This document shows, piece by piece, positions 1-10,900 of a stretch of DNA of 64,000 bases. The position numbers were made by a program, and so were the translations under genes. Within the stretch, counting starts at the first letter, position 1; every line of letters begins with the position of its first letter. Origin of the DNA: Anaeramoeba ignava BMAN (taxonomy: Eukaryota > Protista > Anaeramoebae). Location: assembly GCA_028826165.1 (NCBI GenBank), contig JAPDFW010000103.1, positions 248,001 through 312,000 on the forward strand. Reading direction: 5' to 3'. The notes beneath the pieces are model-generated. The model was not told the origin of the DNA. It did not search any database and saw nothing but the letters and a program-made list of their open reading frames with translations.

Positions 1-740
1 TTTTATAAATAATTTTATAAATAATTTTATAAATAATTTTATAAATAATTTAATAAATAATTTTATAAATAATTTTATAAATAATTTTATAAATAATTTT
101 ATAAATAATTTTATAAATAATTTTATAAATAATTTTATAAATAATTTTTAATATTTAATTTTATAATTAATTTTATAAATAATTTTATAAATAATTTTAT
201 AAATAATTTTATATTTAATTTTATAAATAATTTTATAAATAATTTTATAAATAATTTTATATTTAATTTTATATTTAATTTTATAATTAATTTTATAATT
301 AAGTTAATAAATAATTTTTATATATAATTTTATAATTAATTTTATATTTAATTTTTATATTTAATTTTTATATATAATTTTATAAATAATTTTATATATA
401 ATTTTATAAATATAATTTTATAAATAATTTTATAAATAATTTTTTATAAATAATTTTATAAATAATTTTATAATTAAGTTTAATAAATAATTTTATAAAT
501 AATTTTATATTTAATTTTATAAATAATTTTATAAATAATTTTTATAATTAAATTAATTTTATAAATAATTTTATAATTAATTTTATAAATAATTTTATAA
601 ATAATTTTATAAATAAATTTATAAATAATTTTATAAATAAATTTATAAATAAATTTATATTTAATTTTATAAATAAATTTATAAATAATTTTATAAATAA
701 TTTTATAATTAATTTTATAATTAATTTTATAATTAATTTT
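1..740. repeat. (TTTTATAAATAA)n ~12-bp satellite inside the last visible Ank1 intron
   Basis: Directly visible tandem 12-mer, downstream of the GT donor at 753 on the minus strand. Confidence 0.9.
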
Positions 741-1683
741 AATAAAAATTTACATACTAAATTATTTGTAAATGATTTATTAATTGTTTGTAAATCATTT
801 CTTTGATATTTACTTTCTAATTATAATCATTTTATTTCAAAAAAATTAATCAAATTTTTATTCATTTATTAAAAAAAATCAATCAAACATTTTTAATCTC
901 TATATCAGCACCAAAAGAAAGGAAATCATAAATAATATGTTCTGAACATTTCCAAAAACAAGCAAAATGAAAAGGTGTATTTCCCTAAATAAAAATTTAA
1001 AAAAGAAAATCAAACTAAAAAAAAATCATAAAAACAAATTATTTTTAAAATTTTTTATTTATTTATCAGAAAAAAACTTACTTAAATTTAATTTTCAATT
1101 TGAATTTTGCTTAAAAATTATTCAGTTATAAAATTACAGCCTAAATTAAATTCAAATTAAATTCAAATTAAGTTCAAATTAAGTTCAAATTAAATTCAAA
1201 TTAAAAGTTAAATTTTTTTACAGACTTTTTTGTTAATAAATAAAAAAATTTTCAATTATAAATTCAATTTTATTATAATATTATTTTACATTTTGAATAT
1301 TTGGATTCGCTTCATTTTTTAATAATAATAAAATTATTTCATGATTTTTTCCTTTGCTTGCAAAATGTAATAAAGTATTTCCATCCTAAAATAAAAATTA
1401 AAAATCAAATAAAAAATTTATGAATTAAAACAATTTTAAATTATAAAAGAAATTTACTTTCTAAATTATTTTTTATTTTGAATTAATATTTATTTTAAAT
1501 TATAAAAGAAATTTACTTTCTAAATTATTTTAAATTAATTTATTTTGAATTATTTTTATTTTGAATTGAATTATTTTTTATTTTAAATTATTTTACATTC
1601 GGTTTATTAATTCCAGAAGAAGAAACTAATTTTCTAACTTTTTCAATATCATGAGTTTCAATTGCTTTTTGAATTTCGGACAT
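1..1683 (-). CDS. Ankyrin-repeat protein (Ank1) with single-codon microexons; 3' part runs off the window start
   Basis: Manual splice model: exon 1683-1597 (MSEIQKAIETHDIEKVRKLVSSSGINKPN); microexon AAA at 1519-1517 and/or 1460-1458; exon 1385-1290 (DGNTLLHFASKGKNHEIILLLLKNEANPNIQN); TCT 1224-1222; GCT 1140-1138; exon 984-889 (GNTPFHFACFWKCSEHIIYDFLSFGADIEIKN); AAA 816-814; TAT 756-754. All junctions are GT-AG and phase 0. Confidence 0.88.
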
Positions 1684-1790
1684 TTTAAAAATTATTAAAA
1701 GAAAAAAAATGAAAAAAAAAATTTTAAATTTAAATTTTTTCATTTTCATTTTTTTTTAATTTTTATTTAAATTTTTAATCAAAAAAAAAA
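1684..1790. promoter_or_regulatory. 107-bp bidirectional promoter region (Ank1/VPS41) with T-rich TTCATTTT initiator-like motifs on each strand
   Basis: Head-to-head ATGs at 1683(-) and 1791(+). AAAATGAAAA at ~1706-1715 and TTTTCATTTTCATTTT at ~1737-1752. Confidence 0.55.
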
Positions 1791-4700
1791 ATGTCAAATG
1801 AAAATTCAAATGAAAATACAAATGATAAAAATATTATAATGGATAATGAAACAGAAATTCCAAAACAATTTATAATTCCAAACAAAATACATGACGATTT
1901 TTTAGATGCTTTTCTTGAAGAAGATGATGAAATTGAAGAAGAAAATTATGAAAAACCACCTCTTTTAAAATATGAAAGAATAGGATCTTTTAATATACAA
2001 AAAGAAGAAAATGATCAAGAATTATCACAAACAATATCTTGTTTAAAACTTACTAATAATTCTTATGTATATTAAAGATTTGGATCAACTTATTTAATTT
2101 AAAAAAAAAAAACGGAAAAAAAAATATTGAAAAATTTTTTTATTGAGAAAAATCAAAATTCAGACAATCTTTTATTATATAATTATAATCAAATGTTCTT
2201 TATTTTAATTATGATTCCATTTTTTTTATAATGATTTGTTGTTTTTTTATTATTCAGATAATTGGAACTCATCAAGGAAAAATATACAACTTACCATTTG
2301 ATAAAATTGTTGAATTTAAATCACAATTTTCTTATGAATCAACACTTATTGATATTTGTCTTGATTCAACATGTAGATATATTGGAGCATGTTTTAGAGA
2401 TGGTATTAAGAAAAATTGAAAACAATTATCAAGTCTTTTAATATTGATTTGGATAAAAAAATTAATTTTGATTTTATTTTGTTTTGAAAAGGAACTGTTA
2501 TTGTGTTTGATTCATTAAATGATCAAGCTACAAAATTTGATTTTGATGATCAAATTACTTGTCTTGCAATTCATCCTAATTTCAAGCCAAAAGGAGGTTC
2601 TTGTGTTTGTGGAACTAAAACAGGAAAAATTATTTATCGAGAAAAAAGTGAATTTGAAAATTAAAATCAAAATCAAAATTAAAATTAATATTAAAATTAA
2701 AATTAAAAAAAGAATTCTTTTCAAGATCAAAAATTCTTTATTCGGGAAACGGTGAAATAATTTCATTAACATGGAAATCAAATTATATTGTATGGAGTAA
2801 TCAAGAAGGAATATTTGTATTTGATATTGAAACTGAAAATCCACTTGGAGTAAGTGATTAAATTTATTTAAAAAAAAAACAAAGAAGGAAAAAATTGAAA
2901 AAAAAAGGAAAATTGGAAATATAAAAACCAAAGAAAGTACCACCTTTATCAGGTTCATTCCCATCACTAAACAATTACAGATGCAATTTTAAATGGATCT
3001 CTTCAGATTCATTCATAGTTGGATGGGCAAATGTGATTATCCAAATCCAAATAACCAAACAAAGAACAGTCAAATGGAAAAGTCTTCCACCTTTTAATTT
3101 TATAATTTGTGGGATTGGATTTCATGACAACGACTATTTAGTGTTCACAATGGAACACTTGAAAAGTCGGTTAACAGATGAAAAAATAGGGAAAATTTTG
3201 AAAACAATCCAAAACTTCCACGAAAAGAAGGAAAAAAAGCAAGAAGAAATAGAAGAAGAAATAAAAAAGGAGGAAATATTTGAATATTTACAAAATCAAT
3301 TCAATTTAATCCCCGACGTGAGAATAATCACGCAAAAGGGGGAAGAAATATTAAAAGAAACGATATCAATAAAAGGATATGAAGTATGCAGTCACATTGA
3401 TTTCCGGATGGAAACTCAATGCATGGATTGGGAGATCGACAGGGGATGCCAGACGCAATCAAAGCTGTATGTCTTCACGTCGCCGTTCCAATTTGTGCGT
3501 GCGACGGAAGCTGATGCCGACGACAAAGTAACTTGGCTTGTCGAAAGATTACGGTATCAGGACGCCTTTGATGTTGCTCTGGAAAACTCGGGTCGGTTGA
3601 AAAGAAACAACCCGACAAAACTCGGCGAGAATCTTCTTCGACACTTGCTCGCCTCGAAGAATAAGTTCAAGATCCAATCAGCGGCCCTGCAGTGCCCAAA
3701 GGTCTGCGGCGAAAATCCGTTGATGTGGGAAAAGTGGATCTCGCAGTTCTTCGAGAACCAGCAGTTTCAAGAAATCTCGCCATACATCCCCATTCAGAAT
3801 CCCCGTTTGAAACAGGAAATATACGAAATGATCCTCAACTCGTTTCTTGAAAACGATAATCTCGACTTATTTTACCAAACAATCAACAAATGGCCAAAAA
3901 ATATATACAATCCAAGAGCCATAATTCTCATCATTTTGGACAAGCAAAAAAAAATCAACTCGCTCGACGAACGTCTTGCACTTCCGTTGGCCGATTTATA
4001 TATTGAAATTAAGGAATACGACAAAGCGCTCAAAATCCATTTTTATCTCAAAAAACTTGATGTTTTTGAAATGATTGAACTTTATAATATTTTCGACTCG
4101 GTGAGCCACAAAATTTCTGAGCTCATCAAACTCGACGCAACCAAAACAATCCAACTTCTGGTTCTCAACACAGACAAAATTGCACCCTCAATTGTGGTGC
4201 CGCAATTGTCAAACAACAAGCAACTTCTTTATCAATATCTTCTTGATTTATCGGATCGCAATCCAAAATCGATCCAAGATTATCATGTGAATTTAATGAA
4301 GCTCATTTTTGAATTCGACCCCAAAAACCTCCTCAATTTCTTCAAGGGATCCAACTACGTCCCTTTGGAAATTGCTTATGAATTTTGCCAAAAAAATTCT
4401 CTTTATAATGAATCTGTTTATATTTTGAAAAGAATGGGCCAAAATTTAGATGCCCTTATACTGATGTTGGACAAGCTTAAAAACATCAACAAGGCAATAA
4501 AATTTGTGATGAAGGAAAATGACAACGAATTAATGACTCGGTTGATCAATTATTGCCGAAGTTCAAATCCAAATTTTTTCACTCCTCTTTTGAAGAGTGT
4601 TGTTCATTCCCAATTCCAGATCACAAAGCTTTTGCAAAGAATCCCACAAGGCGTGGAAATACCAAAACTCGGAGAAGCTCTCAAATTTCTTTTGTTGGAA

Positions 4701-4976
4701 TACCAGTCAAAAGTTAAACTCAAAAATCTAGCAACTGAGGTTATTATTCGTGACTGTGCCGGATTGATGTTTTCTTTAAATTCAAGAATGAGAATGGGAA
4801 TGGTCATCCAAAAGGATAGGATTTGTCCCATTTGCTCAGGCAAAATTGTTCAATCTGATGATGTTGTTCTTTTTTTCTGCGGTCATACTTTCCACAAATC
4901 TTGTCTTCGTGAAAAAACTTCAAATCAACCTTTTTGCACTGAATGTGCTGTTAAACAAAAATCAGATAATGATTGA
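1791..4976 (+). CDS. VPS41: Vacuolar protein sorting 41 (HOPS subunit): WD40-like N-terminus, clathrin/CHCR repeat, C-terminal RING
   Basis: EKPPLLKYERI, IGTHQGKIY and DDKVTWLVERLRYQDA motifs; C-terminal CPIC...FFCGHTFHKSC..CTEC. Four GT-AG introns (2067-2257, 2403-2491, ~2649-2712, ~2850-2933) join the exons in frame. Confidence 0.92.
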
Positions 4977-5248
4977 TTGATTAATTAATTAACTAAATAT
5001 TAACGTTGATTTTTTCCTTTTTCCTTTTTCCTTTTTTCTTTTTTCTTTTTTAGTGTTTTTCTCAAAATAAAAGAGAATTAATTTAATAATTTAATTTTGT
5101 TCCACTTTTTTTTAAATTTATTTTCTTTTACAATTTTACTTAAATTTTTTTTAAATTTTGTTAATTAATTCTTATTAAAAAAAGAATCAAAAAAAAATAT
5201 CTTTGTTTTTCAATTTAAAATTCTTCTAATAAATTTCATTTCTTTTCT

Positions 5249-7061
5249 TTAATTAATTATGATTGATCTTGATTTTGATTTTTGAGTTCCATTTATATTT
5301 TTAGGATCATTTTCAATATTTGAACAATGAATATAACCTTCTTTATTTGATTGAAGATGCTTTACAAAAAGTAAATCATTTTTTTCTTTTGAAATGATAA
5401 AAAAATCATCTCCTTTTTTATAAGAAAGAAGAGAAGAATCATTTTCAGGTGCAATAAATTTTTTTTTTGCATAAACTTTGGTGAATTTTTTTCCAATAAA
5501 CATAAGATGATATTCATCGAATCTTTCCATTAAAATTCCACTATTTTTAAAAATGTAAAAATTATTTTAATTTTATGAATATTTCTTTTTTATCAGTTTT
5601 AATTTACGGAAATGTTCCTATTTGTTTTTTTTGATTCATTCCAAGCCACCATCCACTTTTATCTTGAGATATTATACCAATAACTTCTCCTTTTTCAAAT
5701 GATAAATCTTGATCATTATTTCCAAAAAAATTAACAAGAGATCTGATTTATAAAATAAATAATCATTTAAGATTGATTTTTCATAATTTTTTTAAGATTG
5801 ATTTTATATACCTTGTTTTAAATAATATTTTTTGATCACTTGATTCAAAAATCTTTTGGATTTCATTTTCATTTAATTCATTTTGATTTTGATTTTCATT
5901 TTCATTTTCATTTTCATTTTCATTTTCATTTTGATTTTCATTTAATTCATTTTGATAATTTTCATTTTGATAATCTTCATTTTCATAATTTTGATCATAA
6001 TTTTCATTTTGATAATCTTCATTTTCATAATTTTGATCATAATTTTCATTTTCATAATCTTGTTGTTGATAATTTTCATTTTGATAATTTTGATTTAATT
6101 CATTTTGATAATCTTCATTTCCATAATTTTGTTGTTGATAATTTTGTTGTTGATAATTTTCATTTTGATAATTTTGTTGTTGATAATCTTCATTTTCATA
6201 ATTTTGTTGTTGATAATTTTGTTGTTGATAATTTTCATTTTGATAATTTTGTTGTTGATAATTTTGTTGTTGATAATTTTGTTGTTGATAATTTTCATTT
6301 TGATAATTTTGTTGTTGATAATCTTCATTTTCATAATTTTGTTGTTGATAATTTTGTTGTTGATAATTTTGTTGTTGATAATCTTGTTGTTGATAATTTT
6401 CATTTTCATAATTTTGTTGTTGATAATTTTCATTTTGATAATTTTGTTGTTGATAATTTTCATTTTCACAATTTTGATTTAATTCATTTTCATAATTTTC
6501 ATTTTCATAATTTTCATTTTGATAATTTTCATTTTCATAATTTTCATTTTGATAATTTTGTTGTTGATAATTTTGTTGTTGATAATTTTGTTGTTGATAA
6601 TTTTGTTGTTGATAATTTTGTTGTTGATAATTTTGTTGTTGATAATTTTGTTGTTGATAATCTTGTTGTTGATAATTTTCATTTTGATAATTTTCATTTT
6701 GATAATTTTGTTGTTGATAATTTTCATTTTCATAATTTTGTTTTTGATAATTTTGTTGTTGATAATTTTGTTTTTTTCTAGTTTTATTTTGAATTTCAAT
6801 TTGTATTTCAATTTTATCATCTTTATAATTATTTTGAATTTTATTTTTATTTTGGATTTTGTTTATATTTTTATTTTGAATTTTATTTATATTTCTATTT
6901 TGAATTTTGTTTATATTTTTATTTTGAATTTGATTTATATTTTTATTTTGAATTTTGTTTATATTTCTATTTTTTGGATTATTTTTAATATTAAAATTAG
7001 ATTGTGAAGGATTTTGTGTTATCTTTTCAAATTTAGCTAATAAATTTCTAAAATTTGACAT
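5249..7061 (-). CDS. Double-SH3-domain protein with a long N-terminal YQQQN/YENEN pentapeptide-repeat region
   Basis: ORF 7061-5781 splices (donor ~5810) to SLVNFFGNNDQDLSFEKGEVIGIISQDKSGWWLGMNQKKQIGTFP (SH3-1), then (donor ~5587) to the ORF ending at 5249 containing AKKKFIAPENDSSLLSYKKGD...EGYIHCSNIE (SH3-2). Confidence 0.85.
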
Positions 7062-7365
7062 TTTAAAAAAAAAAACAATTTAAAAAAAAATGAAAAAATG
7101 AAAAAATGAAAATGTTTTTTTTTTGCTAAATTTTTGAAAAGAAAATAAAGAAGAAAAAAAAAAGAAGAAAAAAAAGAAAAAGAAAAAAAGAAAGAAAAAA
7201 GAAAATTGAATTTATCCTTGAATTTAAAATTGAAATTGGATATAAATTTAAAATTGAATTTGAATTGAATTTAAAATTGAATTTAAAATTGAAATTGAAT
7301 TTAAATTGAAAATTGAATATAAATTGGAAATTGGATATAAATTGAAAATAGAATTTAGATTAAAA

Positions 7366-7923
7366 TTAATTGGAATCTTTTTCACTTTCTACTTCGTCAT
7401 TATCTTTTTTAGTTTCTCTATCTGAATTGTTACTATCATTATCACTTTGGTTATTATCCTGATTTTCATTTGAATTTTTATCTGAATCTTTATCTAAATC
7501 ATCATCTGAATTATTATTTGAATCTTCATTTGATTTTTTATCTGATTTTTTATTTGATTTTTCATTTTGATTTTCATCTGAATTTTTATCTGAATCTTCA
7601 TTTGAATCTTTATTTTGATTTTCATTTGATTTTTTATCTGAATCATAATCTAAATCATCATCTGAATTTTCATCTATATCTGAATCATTATCTGAATCAA
7701 CATCTTTTGTTAAATTAGTTGAACTTTGTAAAGTAATAAGATCTTCATTTTGGTTATCATTATCATTATTATTATCATTATCATTATTATCATTATCATT
7801 ATTATTATCATTATTATTATCATTATTATTATCATTATCATTATCATTATTATTATCATTATCATTATTATCATTATTATCATTATTATTATTATTATCA
7901 TTATTATTATCATTATTATTATC

Positions 7924-7958
<35 letters not shown>

Positions 7959-10900
7959 CATTATCATTATCATTATCATTATCAGAAGAAGAATCAAGTT
8001 TAAAATCACTTTGACTTGACTTTTCATCACTTTCAGCATCTCCATTATTTTCAACATCTCCATTATTGTCATCATCTCCATTATTTTCATCACTTTCGGA
8101 ATTTTTATTCTTCTCATCTTCTTGAGCTTTATTTCTAAATGTGAATTGTTTAGGTTCTTCTCTTTCATAAAATAAAAGATAAGCTTCTGCTGTTTTAACT
8201 TGACTTTCATTAATCTTATAAACATGACTATCATCAAAACAATACCAATTATTATTTAATCTATTCTTTGCATATGTAATATAATGACCGCCTCCTGAGA
8301 ATCCCAAATGATTTGATACAGCATACAAATGATAAATTGGTTTATATTCCTGCTCCCTTTCAACCATATTTTCAAGATTCAATTCAAATGGAAAATCGAC
8401 ATAATCATCAATTTTGGATCGTGAAAAACTTCCATAAGAAAATCTTTTGAGATGAATAATTAATATTTTCGGCAAATTCCAAAAATCCATTTTCTTTGTT
8501 GCTTGAACAAACTTTTTACAAATCGGACAATACCATTCATTCTGAGTACTTAATTTTTCTTCTTTCATGAAGTGCCTAAAGCAAGAATCCAAAGTAATTC
8601 CTATTTTTCCTTCCATATATTCCTGTTTTTTTTCCTCTTCATCCTGTTTTTCAAAAGTTTCTAATGGAATGTAATTTTCTGTCAAATTTGGATTCCATTG
8701 TATTTCGAATTCGGTATCTTGATTAACGAAAAATTTATCAATAGTTTTGTTTTGATAACCATATGAATACATTCTTGTATTATAAATCTTAAAGAAAGGT
8801 CGATGCACTCCGGGAAGAAATTCCCATTTTTCACAAAGTTTATCGATTTTTTCTTCTCCTGTTTTCAAAGATTCAGTCTCAAAATTATAATCCTGAAATT
8901 CATCATCTGAACTATAGGTTGTGGATGAAGTCTGTGTTATATATGGTGATAAATCTTCTGATACTTCATTATCTGAAATATCATCGGAATTTGAATCTGA
9001 ATTAGAAGTGCTTGTCGAAAAGTCAGTATGTCGAGAATATGAATAAATTATATTTGAAGTAAAATTTTGATTTTCTGACTGTGTCTCTTTTTGGTCAGAA
9101 TCAGAATTTAAATTTGTGTCTTTTTCTTTATTATCTTGATCCTCATTATTATCTTCACTTTGCTTATTCTTTTCATTTCGTTTTTTTTCTTTTTTTTCTC
9201 TTCTTAACTTCTTGAGTCTTTTTTTTTCTTTTTTCTCTTCTTCTTTTTCTTTTTCTTTCAGTGATTCTCTTTCCTTCTTCAATTTCTTTCTTTCTTTCTG
9301 AAGTTTTTTTCTTGCTTTTTTTCCTTCATCCCGTATTTTTTGTATTTCTTGTTTCCATTCTTCATTTTTTTTCAATTTTTCTTTTTGTTTGTTTTGGATT
9401 TCTTCCTCAGTTTCTTCAGATGGAATTTTATCAAAAGGAATGAATTTTTCGACCAAAGGTAATATTTTTTGATATAATTCATCATAGCTGATATTACCAT
9501 GTTTTAATGGGAGAATCAATGGATATGAAACTTTATCTTCGTCAGTATATCCTGATCCAAAAAATTTATATATCAATTTTTTTTGATAAATTATGATATT
9601 AAAAATTTCATTATTTTCTTGTTCTTCTTTAGAATCTTTTTCATCTGAGTCTTTTTCATCTGAATCTTTTTCATCTGAGTCTTTTTCATCTGAGTCTTTT
9701 TCATCTGAATCTTTTTCATCTGAGTCTGAATCTTTATTATCTTCATTTTCATTTTGATTTAATTCATTTTGATCTTCATTTTCATCTTGATTTTCATTTT
9801 CATTTTCATTTTCATTTTCATTTTCATTTTCATTTAATTCATTTTCATCTTGATTTTCATTATCATTTTCATTTTGATCTTCATTTTCATTTTGATTTTC
9901 ATTTTCATTTTCATTTTCATCTTGATTTTCATTTTCATTTTCATCTTCATTTTCATTTTCATTTTGATTTTCATTTTCATTTTCATTTTCATTTTCATTT
10001 TCATCTTCATTTTCATTTTCATTTTCATTTTCATTTAATTCATTTTGATTTTCATTTTCATTTTCATTTTCATTATCATTATCATTTTCATTTTCATTTT
10101 CATTTTCATTTTCATTTTCATTTTCATCTTCATTTTGATTTTGATTATCATTTTCATTTTCATTTTCATTTAATTCATTTTCATTTTGATTTTCATTTTG
10201 ATTTTCATTTTCATTTTCATTTTCATTTTCATTTTCATTTTGATTTTGATTTTGATTTTGATTTTGATTTTCATTTTCATTTTCATTTTCATTTTCATTA
10301 TCATTATCATTATCATTTTCATTTTCATTTTCATTATCATTTTCATTTTCATTTTCATTTTCATTTTCATTTTCATTATCATTATCATTATCATTATCAT
10401 TTTCATTTTCATTTTCATTATCATTTTCATTTTCATTTTCATTTTCATTATCATTTTCATTTTCATTATCATTTTCATTTTCATTATCATTATCATTTTC
10501 ATTATCATCTTGATTTTCATTTTGATTTTGATTTAATTCATTTTCTTTTAATTCATCTTGATTCTGATTTTGTTTTGATTCAAGAATTTCTTTACTTGGT
10601 AATTCATATGCATAAAGTTGATCTCTTGGTGTTTTTTTCAATAACATTTCTGTTGATGTAATTTTTTCATATACTCTATGATAATAAATATCAGTCAATA
10701 AAATTGAATCAGCAGGAATTCCAGAAACTTGAGAAACCCTTTCACAAAAAATTTCCAAACTTAAATCATCATCAAAATGTAATTCAAATTTCTTGGGAAA
10801 TTTTTTAGGATCTTTAAAAACAACAAAAGTATTAAATTTCCAGTGTCTTCTTAAAGGAATTGGAAGAGAAGGATACATTGAAGGATCAAAAGTTTTAGAA

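Noticed and set aside
8600-10600. Large insertion in the USP catalytic domain as an intein
   Set aside because: It is low-complexity NE/K/S sequence at the usual USP4/15 insertion site; no intein terminal motifs or endonuclease motifs were seen.
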